A DNA stretch of 64,000 nucleotides from assembly GCA_037305845.1 (NCBI GenBank), contig CP147778.1, positions 1,728,001 through 1,792,000 on the forward strand. The letters run 5' to 3'. The position numbers and the translations under genes are program-made. This DNA comes from Candidatus Freyarchaeum deiterrae. GTDB taxonomy: Archaea; Asgardarchaeota; Jordiarchaeia; Jordiarchaeales; Jordiarchaeaceae. The notes under the pieces were generated by a model, which had not been told where the DNA came from, ran no database searches, and worked only from the letters and a program-made list of their open reading frames with translations. Below are positions 38,294 to 49,507 of this stretch, one piece after another. Within the stretch, counting starts at the first letter, position 1, and each line of letters starts with the position of its first letter.

Positions 38294-39025
38294 ATGTTTG
38301 CAGCTCCTGGATTAGGCTACGACCGAGCCATCACGATTTTTTCACCCGACGGTCGTCTCTTTCAAGTTGAGTATGCAATAGAGGCTGTACGTCGAGGTAC
38401 CACCGCTATAGGTGTGAGGTGTAAGGACGGCGTAGTGCTTGCGGTAGAAAAACGTGTGTTAGCTCTCCAGGATCCCGAGAGCGTAGAGAAAATATTTGTC
38501 ATTGATGCGCACATAGGAACCGCAATCGCCGGACTGACGGCTGACGCGCGTGTTCTGGTAAATCAAGCTAGAGTTCAGGCTCAGGTTAATCGTCTTACAT
38601 ATGATGAGCCTATTAATGTTGAAAGTTTAACTAGGTATATTGGTGACACTAAACAGATGTACACTCAACATGCAGGTGTTAGGCCTTTTGGTGTTTCTTT
38701 CCTAATAGCTGGCGTAGACGAACTAGGCCCTAAACTATTTATGACCGATCCTTCTGGAACTTACTGGTCTTATTGGGCAGCTGCTATAGGTAGTGGGTCT
38801 CAGGCTGCTAAGGAAGTTTTAGAGAAGGAGTATAAGCAGATTATGGGTCTTGAGGAGTCTATTAAACTTTCTCTAAAGGCTTTGAATCAGGTATTAGAAT
38901 CTGAACTTGATCCTTCAAAAGTGGAAGTTGCAGTGGTAGACGTTACATCAAAGATTTTTAAGAGACTGTCTTCTAGTGAGGTTCAAGGTTATATCGATGA
39001 GATTAGAAAGTCTCGTAGTACTTAG
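38294..39025 (+). CDS. psmA: proteasome alpha subunit
   Basis: YDRAITIFSPDGRLFQVEYA, RPFGVS. Confidence 0.97.
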   Translation: MFAAPGLGYDRAITIFSPDGRLFQVEYAIEAVRRGTTAIGVRCKDGVVLAVEKRVLALQDPESVEKIFVIDAHIGTAIAGLTADARVLVNQARVQAQVNRLTYDEPINVESLTRYIGDTKQMYTQHAGVRPFGVSFLIAGVDELGPKLFMTDPSGTYWSYWAAAIGSGSQAAKEVLEKEYKQIMGLEESIKLSLKALNQVLESELDPSKVEVAVVDVTSKIFKRLSSSEVQGYIDEIRKSRST

Positions 39026-39027
39026 GA

Positions 39028-39756
39028 ATGATAGTTATGTCTATGCGCGGCGATAAGTGGGTTGATTTAGGTGACACTGTAGTAGCTCGTTTAGAGACCC
39101 ACGGTGAAAAATTTGAGATTCTTGTCAATCCCAATAAGGCATGGGAGTATCGCCGCGGTCAAAATATTGACCTATCTGAGATACTAAAAAGTTATGACAT
39201 CTTTGATGATGCACATAAAGGTCTTAAAGCAACAGAGGGAAAACTGCTAGAAGCCTTTGAAACAACAGACATAAATAAAATTGCTCCGATTATACTAAAA
39301 AAGGGATTTATACAACTCACTACGGAACAGCGTAGGGAGATGACTAATAACAAAAGAATGCAGATAATTAACATTCTTGCCCGTAATTGTATTAATCCTC
39401 AGACAGGCCTTCCTCATCCCCCAGCAAGAATCGAACGAGCTATGGAAGAGGCGAAGGTTTCAATCGACTTATGGAGAAGCCCCGAGGAGCAAGCAAAAGA
39501 TGTATTAAAAATGATTCAGCCAATAATACCAATAAGAATGGAACTCTTAAAACTGGCTGTAAAATTTCCACCGGACTATTCCGGTAAGGGATATAGCATC
39601 GTGGAACGTTTTGGAACCGTAACTAAGGACGAATGGCAGAAAGACGGTTCCTGGATTGCTATGATGGAAATTCCTGCCGGGCTTAGGGGTAAGCTCATAG
39701 AAGCGTTAAATAACCAAACTAAGGGAAAGGCAGAAGTAAAATTCATTAAAGATTGA
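39028..39756 (+). CDS. ribosome maturation factor SBDS
   Basis: GEKFEILV, QLTTEQRR, PHPPARIERAM; superoperon context. Confidence 0.95.
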   Translation: MIVMSMRGDKWVDLGDTVVARLETHGEKFEILVNPNKAWEYRRGQNIDLSEILKSYDIFDDAHKGLKATEGKLLEAFETTDINKIAPIILKKGFIQLTTEQRREMTNNKRMQIINILARNCINPQTGLPHPPARIERAMEEAKVSIDLWRSPEEQAKDVLKMIQPIIPIRMELLKLAVKFPPDYSGKGYSIVERFGTVTKDEWQKDGSWIAMMEIPAGLRGKLIEALNNQTKGKAEVKFIKD

Positions 39757-40448
39757 AAGGTGGTTTATCTTTGTCATTACATTTTAAAAATAGGAAAATA
39801 GTAGTACCCGGGGAGTTACTTGCCGAGGGCGCATATAAACCCGGCGAGGGAGCCTTCAGAGAAGGTAACTATATTTACTCCTCCGTAGTGGGCTTGGCGG
39901 AGGCTAAAGGTAAAATTGTAGAAGTTGTTGCTTTTGAGGGCGCATATATTCCAAAAGTTGGTGATGTAGTTATAGGAAAAGTTGAGGACGTAAAGATGAC
40001 TTCATGGCGAATTGATATACATTCACCATACCAAGCCACAATGCATCCGGTAAACGTTTTTGAACGACGTATGGATACTATGAAAGACGACCTCCGCCGA
40101 TACTTCGACGTGAAAGACACACTGGTTGCTAAAATAATGTCCTTTGACCGAACAAAGACTCCTGTGCTTACCGTAAGAGAGCGTGGTCTCGGTAAACTTC
40201 AAGGCGGATATCTGGTAGAAATGCTACCAACTAAAATCCCGCGTTTGATCGGTCGTAAGGGTTCAATGATAAATATGATTAAAAAAGAAACTAGATGTCA
40301 GATTACTATCGGCCAGAACGGGATAATTTGGGTCTCTGGCAAGAGTTTCGAAGAAGAAGAGCGAGTTATTAAAGCTATAAGACAGATTGAACGAGAGGCT
40401 CATACTCCTGGTTTAACTGATAGGATTAGAGATTTAATTCATAAGTAA
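39753..40448 (+). CDS. rrp4: exosome RNA-binding subunit Rrp4
   Basis: VVPGE, YIPKVGDVVIG, PRLIGRKGSM, GQNG.IW. Confidence 0.95.
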   Translation: MKGGLSLSLHFKNRKIVVPGELLAEGAYKPGEGAFREGNYIYSSVVGLAEAKGKIVEVVAFEGAYIPKVGDVVIGKVEDVKMTSWRIDIHSPYQATMHPVNVFERRMDTMKDDLRRYFDVKDTLVAKIMSFDRTKTPVLTVRERGLGKLQGGYLVEMLPTKIPRLIGRKGSMINMIKKETRCQITIGQNGIIWVSGKSFEEEERVIKAIRQIEREAHTPGLTDRIRDLIHK

Positions 40449-40470
40449 ATTTTGTTAGGTGAGTGAGTAA

Positions 40471-41247
40471 ATGGAAGAACCTCATATTTCCTCCCAAATT
40501 AAACTAATAGCTGAAGATAATTTGAGACTTGACAAAAGAAAATTAGATGAACTTCGACCAATTAAGTTGGAAGTTGGAGTTCTCTCAAGAGCTGATGGCT
40601 CTGCGTATATCGAACAAGGAAGAAGTAAGATTCTTGCAGCGGTTTACGGTCCGCGTGAACTACACCCTCGCCATCTTGCACAACCTGACGAGGCTTTACT
40701 GCAATGTATTTATAGAATGGCTACCTTCTCTGTGGAAGAGAGGAAAAGCCCAGCGCCATCACGTAGAGAAACAGAACTTTCTAAGGTCATAACCGAATCT
40801 CTCGCCCCCGCGGTTTTTCTAAAATATTATCCGAGATCGTCCATAGATGTTTATATACAAGTAATCCAAGCCGATGGGGGAACCAGATGTTCAAGTATAA
40901 CAGCCGCTTCCTTAGCCTTAGCAGATGCCGGTATCCCATTACGTGATTTAGTAGCGGCTTGTGCCGCAGGCAAGATAGATGGAAAAGTAGCTCTCGATTT
41001 GAGTGACATTGAGGATAAAAGCGGGGAAGCAGACTTACCTGTTGCTATAATGCCAAGAAAAAATTTGATTACACTAATACAGATGGACGGGTTTTTGACC
41101 AAGCAAGAATTTGTCGAAGCCTACGAACTAGCTGTAAAGGGTTGTCAAAAAATTTACGACATGCAAAGAGAAGTTCTCATACAAAAGTATATTAGTATTC
41201 AAGAGGAGTTCTCAGAAGAAGAAAACGAACCAGATAATGGAGGTTAA
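40471..41247 (+). CDS. rrp41: exosome subunit Rrp41
   Basis: [26 protein letters not shown]. Confidence 0.95.
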   Translation: MEEPHISSQIKLIAEDNLRLDKRKLDELRPIKLEVGVLSRADGSAYIEQGRSKILAAVYGPRELHPRHLAQPDEALLQCIYRMATFSVEERKSPAPSRRETELSKVITESLAPAVFLKYYPRSSIDVYIQVIQADGGTRCSSITAASLALADAGIPLRDLVAACAAGKIDGKVALDLSDIEDKSGEADLPVAIMPRKNLITLIQMDGFLTKQEFVEAYELAVKGCQKIYDMQREVLIQKYISIQEEFSEEENEPDNGG

Positions 41248-41250
41248 AAA

Positions 41251-42069
41251 ATGCCTCACAGTCTTATTACGGAAATTGAATCAAAGTACATAAGATCACT
41301 TATGGGTAGAGAAAGCAGAGTTGATGGCCGCGGATTGAAGGAGATGCGTCCAATCACGATTGAATACGGAATAGTAGAGAAGGCTTGTGGGTCAGCCAGA
41401 GTAACTATAGGTAGCACAAAGGTTATTGTTGGAGTGAGCGCAGAGGTTGGAACACCCTTCCCTGACACCCCTAACGCGGGGGTTGTGACATGCACCGCAG
41501 AATGTTCACCGATGGCGTCTCCCTACTTTGAACCAGGCCCACCCAATGAAGACTCTATCGAATTAGCAAGAGTTGTTGATAGAGGCATAAGGGAATCTAA
41601 AATGGTAGACGTAGATAAACTCTGCATAATCCCTAATGAAAAAGTGTGGATTCTCTTCGTAGATATTTATGTTATTGACCACGGAGGAAATCTATTCGAC
41701 GCCTCCTCTCTAGCAGCTGTCAGCGCTTTACTTACAACTAAAATTCCAAAAATTGAAGTAGAGGATGGAAAGGTAAAAAAACTTAATGAAAAAACACCCC
41801 TTCCAGTGAAAGACATACCAATTTCCTTAACTTTCGCAAAGATAGATGAACAACTATGTGTAGATCCTATATTAGAAGAAGAAAACGTTATGGACGCTAG
41901 AATTACTATAGTTTACGATCAGGGTGGCAACATTGTAGCTATGCAAAAAGGAGAACGAGGGGCATTAACTACCTCGGATCTTTACAAAGCTGTAGACTTG
42001 GCGGAAAATATGTCAAAAGAAATTAGAGAAAAATATATTTCCCCCATTTTGAAAAAGGAGGCCTCCTAA
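41251..42069 (+). CDS. rrp42: exosome subunit Rrp42
   Basis: [37 protein letters not shown]. Confidence 0.95.
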   Translation: MPHSLITEIESKYIRSLMGRESRVDGRGLKEMRPITIEYGIVEKACGSARVTIGSTKVIVGVSAEVGTPFPDTPNAGVVTCTAECSPMASPYFEPGPPNEDSIELARVVDRGIRESKMVDVDKLCIIPNEKVWILFVDIYVIDHGGNLFDASSLAAVSALLTTKIPKIEVEDGKVKKLNEKTPLPVKDIPISLTFAKIDEQLCVDPILEEENVMDARITIVYDQGGNIVAMQKGERGALTTSDLYKAVDLAENMSKEIREKYISPILKKEAS

Positions 42070-42356
42070 TGCCGAGAACTAAAAAGGTTGGAATTGCAGG
42101 CAGATTCGGAGTAAGATACGGAACAAAGGTAAGAAAGAGAGTAAAAACAATTTTAGAAGATATGAACAAGTCACATAAATGCCCACGATGCGATACCAAA
42201 GCTGTTAAGCGAGTATCTGCTGGTATTTGGTCTTGCAAAAAATGTGGATACACCTTCACAGGTGGCGCTTATCTTCCTGTTACTCCTTTAGGTAAAGAAA
42301 AAGGAAGAGCAATAGAAACAATCACTTATGGTTCGGAAAAAGAACCCAAAAAGTAG
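42069..42356 (+). CDS. rpl37ae: ribosomal protein eL43 (L37Ae)
   Basis: [24 protein letters not shown]. Confidence 0.95.
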   Translation: MPRTKKVGIAGRFGVRYGTKVRKRVKTILEDMNKSHKCPRCDTKAVKRVSAGIWSCKKCGYTFTGGAYLPVTPLGKEKGRAIETITYGSEKEPKK

Positions 42357-42561
42357 TCTAAATATGTACAATCTCAATATCGAGATTAAGGCTCTTCCTA
42401 ATTCTTACCTGGGGAGCACGGACATATACCATAAAATAAGACAAGACTTCCTTAGTCGCAAATACAATATAGTTTGATATTTTCATAATCAAAATTACTC
42501 AGCATTCGTAGTAAAATTATGTACAGGCATCTTGGCTAAAGATACTTGGAGAAGAACCTAA

Positions 42562-42807
42562 ATGAAAACCAAGGCAAAGGGGGTTATAGAAACTATTTTT
42601 TCTTCAAACCTGTCAGAAGTTGCTTCTAAATCTCTTTTGCCTGAAATTATTTCTGGACCTAGTGAACGGTATAGAGTTAAATTAAAAAGAGATGGAGACA
42701 TTATAAGTTTAGAAATTGAGGCTGAAGATACGGTTGCTCTCAGAGCAGCATTAAACTCGTATCTCCGATGGCTAAAAATAATTCATGACATTAATGAACT
42801 TATTTAG
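42562..42807 (+). CDS. pcc1: KEOPS subunit Pcc1
   Basis: IEAEDTVALRAALNSYLRW; conserved position before pfdB. Confidence 0.85.
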   Translation: MKTKAKGVIETIFSSNLSEVASKSLLPEIISGPSERYRVKLKRDGDIISLEIEAEDTVALRAALNSYLRWLKIIHDINELI

Positions 42808-42818
42808 GAGGAGATTTA

Positions 42819-43187
42819 TTGTCTGGAAGCGAACTACCCCCCCAGGTGCAGCATCAAATTTCAATGCTGCAGCAACTGCAACAAAAGATGGAAATAATTA
42901 TCACTCAAAGAAATCAATCCGAAATTCAGCTTAAAGAAACAGAACAAGCTCTAAGTGAACTTGAAAAAATAGAACAAGGAAACGATGTATACAAAATGGT
43001 CGGAACATTGCTAATAAAGGCCAAACCAGAAAAAATTAAGGAAGAACTTAAAGACAGAAAGGAAACTCTTGAGTTAAGAGTAAAAACTCTACAAAGACAG
43101 GAAGAACGTTCAAAAAAACAACTAGAAGAAATGCGCGCAAAAGTGCAAGAAACACTTCAGCAAAGGGATATAAGCCCGGCGGGCTAA
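42819..43187 (+). CDS. pfdB: prefoldin beta subunit
   Basis: LPPQVQ, coiled coils, VYKMVG.LL. Confidence 0.93.
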   Translation: MSGSELPPQVQHQISMLQQLQQKMEIIITQRNQSEIQLKETEQALSELEKIEQGNDVYKMVGTLLIKAKPEKIKEELKDRKETLELRVKTLQRQEERSKKQLEEMRAKVQETLQQRDISPAG

Positions 43188-43188
43188 A

Positions 43189-43491
43189 ATGAGCGACGAA
43201 AAAAAAGTGGATCCAAAAGATTTACCGATAGAAGTACTTGAAGAATTATGCGTTTTTGCCGAGAGTGAGATAAGAAAATATATTTATTCAAAATGCCCCC
43301 GGAAGGATATTACTCAATTGGAAATTATAGTGAAGATTGGAGTAGAAAAAACAACAAATTTATCCATCGAAGTAAATCTCGAAACTGCTTCTTTATCCGA
43401 GGAAGATAATAAAACTTTAGCAGAAGAAGCAGTGAGAATTACGATGAATGCTGTTGATGAAAAATTATCAGGGTTATCACGTTGGTCCTGA
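43189..43491 (+). CDS. DUF3194-like conserved archaeal protein
   Basis: AE..IRKYIYSK......I..LEI.V pattern; typical position after pfdB. Confidence 0.65.
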   Translation: MSDEKKVDPKDLPIEVLEELCVFAESEIRKYIYSKCPRKDITQLEIIVKIGVEKTTNLSIEVNLETASLSEEDNKTLAEEAVRITMNAVDEKLSGLSRWS

Positions 43492-44480
43492 ATATATTTG
43501 AGGCCTTCTTTAAGAGTCATCCCAAAAAAATTTTGATTCTTTGTCATCAAAATGCAGATCCTGATGCGTTATGTAGTGCTTACGCTATCAAAAATCTAAT
43601 TGCAAGCCTTTTTCCCAGAATTGAGTCACTTATAGGCTCTGATGATTTAAGCAAAATTTCAAACGGTATCTTGGAATATCTTCAGATATCTATCGCTAAA
43701 GAATTCAACATTGAACTATTTGACGCCTTCATAATAGTTGATACCAATAATGTTGAACAGTTGGGGTGCTACCGATTGGTTTCAACTCTTTCAAAACCGA
43801 TAATGTTTGTTGATCACCACACGCCTCAACTTTCTACCACCCAAATCACCAAATATACGTTGATCGATGAAACATCATCCTCAACCGCAGAAATAGTATA
43901 CAATCTTTTTAAGGAAGCTGGTGTTAAGCCGAGCCCTGATACTGCGATGGCCTTGCTCATTGGAATAACCTATGACAGTAAACATTTTCTTCTAGCCAAT
44001 GCTTCAACTTTCAAAACCACTACGGATCTTATCGACGCGGGGGCTGATTATACTTCTGCAATTGAAAGACTTCGTACTCCGATGCCTAGATCCGAGAGAA
44101 TAGCGAGGTTAAAAGCTATTAACCGAGCAGAAATAAACGATGTCAAAAATTGGATAATCGTTGTCTCTAATGTGAGTGCCTACGAAGCTAGTGCCTGCCG
44201 AGCGCTGATCGAAACAGGAGCAGACATAGCAATTGTAGGCGCTAAAAAAAAGAACGCTATGAGAATAAGTGCTCGAGCCACACAAAACATCCATAAAAAA
44301 ACTGGTATTCATTTAGGAAAACTAATGGAAGAATTAGGCGCCTTAGTTGAGGGTATGGGAGGAGGGCATTCAACTGCAGCGGGATTTAATGGAAAGGATA
44401 ATTACGCTAAAGCCATTAAACATTTACTGAAACTAATCGAAAAACAACTAGAAAACGCACCACCAGCTCCGAGAGATTAA
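43482..44480 (+). CDS. DHH/DHHA1 phosphoesterase
   Basis: HQNADPDA, VDHH, GGGHSTAAG. Confidence 0.9.
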   Translation: MVLNIFEAFFKSHPKKILILCHQNADPDALCSAYAIKNLIASLFPRIESLIGSDDLSKISNGILEYLQISIAKEFNIELFDAFIIVDTNNVEQLGCYRLVSTLSKPIMFVDHHTPQLSTTQITKYTLIDETSSSTAEIVYNLFKEAGVKPSPDTAMALLIGITYDSKHFLLANASTFKTTTDLIDAGADYTSAIERLRTPMPRSERIARLKAINRAEINDVKNWIIVVSNVSAYEASACRALIETGADIAIVGAKKKNAMRISARATQNIHKKTGIHLGKLMEELGALVEGMGGGHSTAAGFNGKDNYAKAIKHLLKLIEKQLENAPPAPRD

Positions 44481-44730
44481 AGGAGGGGCAACATTTCAAA
44501 TAAATATTAGCTCTAAAAATCATGCCAATAAAATTATGTCGGTCATCTTTTTAGTCGAAGGTAAATATTAATCTCCGGCAAACATAATTAAATATTCTAC
44601 ACTTATTTTTTATTTCTAAATTTGAATAAACTAGAAAAACGCCTTCTATAGAAAATAATGTTCTCAAGGATGAGTTTTCCAACCCTGTAAATACCTCGCA
44701 CAAAGTCTAGCACTAGTATAAATTAAACTG

Positions 44731-45456
44731 TCACAGTATTAATCCAAACAATGGTGGTGAGAATAAGTTTCCAAGTGTTAGACCAAATAACAGTAGTATT
44801 CCCTGAATAATGCATATAATTCCTAATGGGATTGCTATTACTGGGAAAGTCAGAATCCATGCTATTGTTTTAAATATAGTTTCAATAAACTTGAAAAGTA
44901 AGTAAGTAACAATGAGAGTAACTGCAAAGATTAGAATTAGCCATTGGATCTCTACTGTGCTGAAGACTTTCCATACTATGACGGTAATGCCTGTGCTTAC
45001 AAGCAGCGCTAGAAGAGCTGCCCAAGGAAACATTTTGATTGGTTTCATTACGAGGCCAAATCCCACAAATAATAGAATACCCCAGGTGTAGACTGCGTTA
45101 ATCCAGAAATAGTACTTGTACTGAAAGATTAACCCTAGTAAATATCCCGCAAATCCGTAAACACTTTGAACTCCGCTAATCGCCGCCAAATACGTCATTA
45201 AAAAGCTTTGAAATATACTTCCTCCTGTTATCCATATCTGGACAGCCGAGATTATGCATAAAGCCCCTATAATGATGCCTAAGTAAATTATCGCTTTAAT
45301 TAAAAGTTGCATTCTATTTCCTACAGTTGCGAAGGCTCTCTCGAGAAGCCTGCCCGCGGAAGAAATTCCTGCGAGAATTAATAATAATGGGACTAGCTTG
45401 ACTAGTAGTGGTATATCGACTACAAACTGGTACCCGAATTGGAGAGGAATTACCAT
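44731..45456 (-). CDS. multi-pass membrane protein, function unknown
   Basis: About 7 hydrophobic segments; GAGGGAG upstream. Confidence 0.65.
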   Translation of the reverse strand: MVIPLQFGYQFVVDIPLLVKLVPLLLILAGISSAGRLLERAFATVGNRMQLLIKAIIYLGIIIGALCIISAVQIWITGGSIFQSFLMTYLAAISGVQSVYGFAGYLLGLIFQYKYYFWINAVYTWGILLFVGFGLVMKPIKMFPWAALLALLVSTGITVIVWKVFSTVEIQWLILIFAVTLIVTYLLFKFIETIFKTIAWILTFPVIAIPLGIICIIQGILLLFGLTLGNLFSPPLFGLIL

Positions 45457-45720
45457 TTTACTCCCTCGACCTTGGTGGTCTAACTAGATAAGTGCTAACA
45501 TGATAAAAAAGGATTTTGTATGGTGCAAAAAAAGCTAATAAGGCTTAAGCCAAAAATTTCTTGATTATATTACTCGATGAATGTAAATAATATATTTTAC
45601 ATATTATACGTAAAATTTTATATTATAGACAAAATTATAATAATATAAAATTATTGGTTTATTTTTTCAAAATATTGAAGTATATGGAAATTAAAAAGTG
45701 GAATGTAACTTGGTTTTAAG

Positions 45721-46335
45721 GTGTTTTTATTGACTAAGGTAGAATTCATTGCTCTTAGTTGGGACGAAGTCTACGACTTATTATTAAAGCTGGCAAAAAA
45801 AATTGTTGACCAAAATTTTAAGCCGGATTTAATAGTGGGTATCGCTCGTGGAGGATGGGTTGTTGCGCGTATACTATCCGATCTATTAGACATAAGGAAG
45901 ATTGGAAGCATTCGAGTAGAATTTTATGAAGATGTTCTCTTAACACGGGTGCGTCCTCTTATAACTCAAGAAATTTCGGTAGAGGTTGGAGGGAAGAAGG
46001 TATTACTTTGTGATGATGTGGCGGATACTGGTAAGAGTCTTGAAGTTGCTGCAGATTATCTTAAGAAAAAGGGTGTCTCTGATATGAAGATTTCCACTAT
46101 ACATTTGAAACCAAAATCTTTAGTCTGTCCAAACTATTATGTTTCAGAAACCGATGCATGGATTATTTATCCCTGGGAGGTTTTCGAATCAATTAAGAGC
46201 ATCGCTAGAAAATTAGAACAAAAAGGTAAAACTTCAGAGGAAATTAAAAAGGAGCTTATACAGACTGGAATCCAACCTAAGTATATTAATTACTTTATGG
46301 ATTGGATCAAGGTAATCGAAAGATTTCAGGTTTAA
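45721..46335 (+). CDS. purine phosphoribosyltransferase (Gpt/Hpt-like)
   Basis: GIARGG, LLCDDVADTGKS, WIIYPWE. Confidence 0.9.
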   Translation: MFLLTKVEFIALSWDEVYDLLLKLAKKIVDQNFKPDLIVGIARGGWVVARILSDLLDIRKIGSIRVEFYEDVLLTRVRPLITQEISVEVGGKKVLLCDDVADTGKSLEVAADYLKKKGVSDMKISTIHLKPKSLVCPNYYVSETDAWIIYPWEVFESIKSIARKLEQKGKTSEEIKKELIQTGIQPKYINYFMDWIKVIERFQV

Positions 46336-46369
46336 TGCGTATCTCAATTAATAGAAGGAGTAATTCTAA

Positions 46370-46951
46370 ATGATAATCAAAACTGTTGAGGAGGGACGCC
46401 ATTTCATAGCTGTTTTCGGCCTGGAAACATCAAGAATTGATTTACCCCTTCTTCTTAATGATATAAGTGAGTTAAGTAGAGAAACCGGTGTAACCATACA
46501 ACTTTTTGATTCTTCTCTACTTGCTTCTTGGGAGCATCTTTTTTTTGGGGCTTTGAATGCTCTGAGAGCTTTTAGTCATTGTAAAAATATTTCAAATAAC
46601 TTGTCTGTTGAATGCTTACTCTACACTTCCGGTCAAAGACAGATTAGCGTAGCGGTAAAGAATTTTGGAGTGAAGCCTGACAGTAGAAACATTGGAGTTA
46701 TCCTAATAGGTAACGCGCAGGGTCTTCTTCATGAGGTTCATAAAAAAGTATTGTTAATAACCAAAGGCCTGGAAAATGATACTGTTTTGTTAATCAATGA
46801 CAGGGAAAAATTTGATAGTATTCGTAGTTTTTTCCGAATCACAGAGACCGAGTTAAGCACAATTTGTGATTTGGATGAATGGAGTTCCTGTGTTGAAGCG
46901 TTAATTAAATACTGTATTGAGAGATCCTCATTACTAATTTTGCAGAAATGA
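46370..46951 (+). CDS. cgi121: KEOPS subunit Cgi121
   Basis: EHL, NISNNLSVE.LLY.SGQRQI..A...FG. Confidence 0.88.
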   Translation: MIIKTVEEGRHFIAVFGLETSRIDLPLLLNDISELSRETGVTIQLFDSSLLASWEHLFFGALNALRAFSHCKNISNNLSVECLLYTSGQRQISVAVKNFGVKPDSRNIGVILIGNAQGLLHEVHKKVLLITKGLENDTVLLINDREKFDSIRSFFRITETELSTICDLDEWSSCVEALIKYCIERSSLLILQK

Positions 46952-46993
46952 TTGTTCAGGATGGCTTCGTATTGAAGTAAAAGCATGGATACT

Positions 46994-47629
46994 CTATTTT
47001 TTAATTGCTATTAGTTTTTCTATAGATTGGCGACTTGTTTGACCCTCGCGGAGAATAATGGGTGGTTTTCGAGTTAGATCAATAATTGTGGAAGGTTGAT
47101 CACTGGAAGTTTCCCCACCGTCTATTATCATATCTATATTTCTTCCAATTTGTTCTTGAACTTGTTGTGCGTTCATTGCTGAAGGTTCGCCTGAAATGTT
47201 GGCGCTTGTTCCTACTAAAACACCATCGAGACACCCAGCCAATAATTGTGGGACCTTGTGAGAAGGTAGTCTAATAGCTATATTGTCTCTGTTTCCTGTG
47301 ACGATTCTGGGTATTTTAATGCGGGTTTTTAGAACCAGAGTTAATGTACCTGGCCAAAAGCTCTTCGAAAGTAAATCGGCCTCTGGAGTAAATTCTGCTA
47401 TTCTTCTGGCAACACTTTCATCCGACACAAGTATTGGCAGCCCTAGTTCTACTTTTCTCTTTTTTACTTTCAATAAATTTTCTACCGCATTGATGTTAAA
47501 TGGATCAGCTCCCAAACCGTAAACCGTGTCAGTTGGATATGCCACTAATTTTCCTTTTCTGAGCAATTTTCCTGCTTCTTTTATGATCTCCATATCTGGG
47601 TTTTCTGGTTCTATCCTCACTTTTCTCAA
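46994..47629 (-). CDS. L-threonylcarbamoyladenylate synthase (TsaC/Sua5 catalytic domain)
   Basis: YPTDTVYGL, K.R, FWPG.LT, TSANISG, STIID, LREG. Confidence 0.92.
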   Translation of the reverse strand: MRKVRIEPENPDMEIIKEAGKLLRKGKLVAYPTDTVYGLGADPFNINAVENLLKVKKRKVELGLPILVSDESVARRIAEFTPEADLLSKSFWPGTLTLVLKTRIKIPRIVTGNRDNIAIRLPSHKVPQLLAGCLDGVLVGTSANISGEPSAMNAQQVQEQIGRNIDMIIDGGETSSDQPSTIIDLTRKPPIILREGQTSRQSIEKLIAIKK

Positions 47630-47716
47630 TCTCTGTACCAGCTCCTATATCTCAATTAAAAGGAAACTGTAATAAGTCACTTTTTACTAACGAAAATTAA
47701 ACTCTTTATTCCCTTT

Positions 47717-48757
47717 TTGAGGTTTGTGAAGTTGGAGGCTGTAATACTTGCTGCGGGTAAAGGTGAACGGATGGGCGCTCTTTCCAAGTTTATCCCTAAG
47801 CCAATTATTCCCATAGCCAACCGTCCTATAATTGAACACTTAATTCTGGCGTATAAAAAAGCTGGTATTTCAGACTTTATAATTGTAATTGGGCACCTCG
47901 GAAATCAGATAAGAAATCAATTGAGAGATGGATCTCATCTGGGAGTATCAATAAGGTACAAGCGTTCCCAAAACTATGAATTAGGACCCATACATTCCCT
48001 ACTCGCAGCTGAGAATGAAATTTCTACAAATGAATTTTTTGTGAGTCCCGCTGATTTCATAGTAGATCCGAGGGCGATTCAAACTATAAAGAAAAGTCAC
48101 TCAAGAAAGGGCGTAACAGTGGCTGCGGATATGAGCTCCAGCTCTAAATCTGGAACTACCCTATACACTTGCCCAAAAGACCAGAAATTTGGTCGAGTCT
48201 CTGGTTTTTGTGAACCGGTTTTAAAGGGGGGGGCGCCACACCTATGTGTAAGTCTTCTAATATGCAACACTTCGATTTTTCAGTACATTTATGAGGCGCT
48301 CGGAAATGGATCAAACATACTTTTGGATGCTTTAAATCTTCTTATTCAGCAAGGCCAATTGGTATGTTTTATCGATGTCTCTAAAAATTTTTGGTTCGAT
48401 GTGGACACTGTCTCAGATTTACTTCAAGCAAACGAATTTATGCTTAAAAGAAGACTCATACCTCAAAATAATTTCTATGTTAAAGACTCTAAACAAGTGG
48501 GAGGCCCACTAAAGAAGGAATTTAAAATTGATTTGGATAAAACTTCTACCATTAGTGGACCTGCTGTCCTCGGACTCAACTGCCATATTAGCCCTGGATG
48601 TAGAGTGGGTCCTTTTGTATCTCTTGCTTGCAAGAGTGAGATTGCTTCCGGGGCAACTGTTCAGAATTCACTGCTTTTCGGTAATGCAGTGGTAGAAGAA
48701 AATAATCACCTCTCCAAGGCGGTATTATTTAAAAACCTATTATTAAAATCTGCATAA
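47717..48757 (+). CDS. sugar/polyol-phosphate nucleotidyltransferase with C-terminal beta-helix
   Basis: ILAAGKGERM, PKP, WFDVDT, hexapeptide tail. Confidence 0.8.
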   Translation: MRFVKLEAVILAAGKGERMGALSKFIPKPIIPIANRPIIEHLILAYKKAGISDFIIVIGHLGNQIRNQLRDGSHLGVSIRYKRSQNYELGPIHSLLAAENEISTNEFFVSPADFIVDPRAIQTIKKSHSRKGVTVAADMSSSSKSGTTLYTCPKDQKFGRVSGFCEPVLKGGAPHLCVSLLICNTSIFQYIYEALGNGSNILLDALNLLIQQGQLVCFIDVSKNFWFDVDTVSDLLQANEFMLKRRLIPQNNFYVKDSKQVGGPLKKEFKIDLDKTSTISGPAVLGLNCHISPGCRVGPFVSLACKSEIASGATVQNSLLFGNAVVEENNHLSKAVLFKNLLLKSA

Positions 48758-48771
48758 AGTGGGGACGTATA

Positions 48772-49389
48772 TTGCCTTCTAATTACAGAATTAAACGCAT
48801 CTTTAAACCTGTAATTATTAAAATGGCTAAGAGTTTTGCACGTGCGGGTTTTACCCCCAATCAAGTTACTATTCTTGGACTAGTTTTCTCTCTATTTGCG
48901 TTTTTTGCTATTTCATTTGATATCCCAGTTCTTTACGGAATTTTAGTATTTGTTGCGGGCCTATTAGATGGGGTAGACGGAGCTTTGGCTAAAATTACAG
49001 GTTCAGCCTCTCCAAAAGGGGGGTTTTTAGATTCTCTAACAGACAGATACTCTGACTTTATCCTAATCTTTGGATTCTTATTCTGGAAGGGCCATTCAAA
49101 CTTTTACTTTTCAATTCCATTCAACTGGTGGGTGGTAATGTCTCTGGCAGGATTCATAATGGTAAGTTACACTCGGTCTAAAGGAGAATTCTACGACTTG
49201 GACTTGGATCGAGGGATAGCAGGTAGATCAGAAAGATTATTTATATTATTTATGTTTTCTATTCTCTATCTGTACGATATCGATTTTCCAGTTTACGGGT
49301 TGATTGCTGCAGGGATACTCGCAAATTTAACAGCAATTTACCGTATTGCAATAGCTCTCAAAAATTTACGCAGAAATCAGAATATATGA
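48772..49389 (+). CDS. CDP-alcohol phosphatidyltransferase
   Basis: TPNQVT, DGVDGALAK...GGFLDSLTDRYSD, SY.R, R.ER. Confidence 0.9.
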   Translation: MPSNYRIKRIFKPVIIKMAKSFARAGFTPNQVTILGLVFSLFAFFAISFDIPVLYGILVFVAGLLDGVDGALAKITGSASPKGGFLDSLTDRYSDFILIFGFLFWKGHSNFYFSIPFNWWVVMSLAGFIMVSYTRSKGEFYDLDLDRGIAGRSERLFILFMFSILYLYDIDFPVYGLIAAGILANLTAIYRIAIALKNLRRNQNI

Positions 49390-49507
49390 AATTGATTTTT
49401 AGCAATTTTCGACAAAAAATAATAAAATTAAAATTCTAGCTAAAATAGATTAGAAGAATGGCTTAAAAATACTCTGTTTGACTGACCAGCTTTATGGAGA
49501 TTTTATT

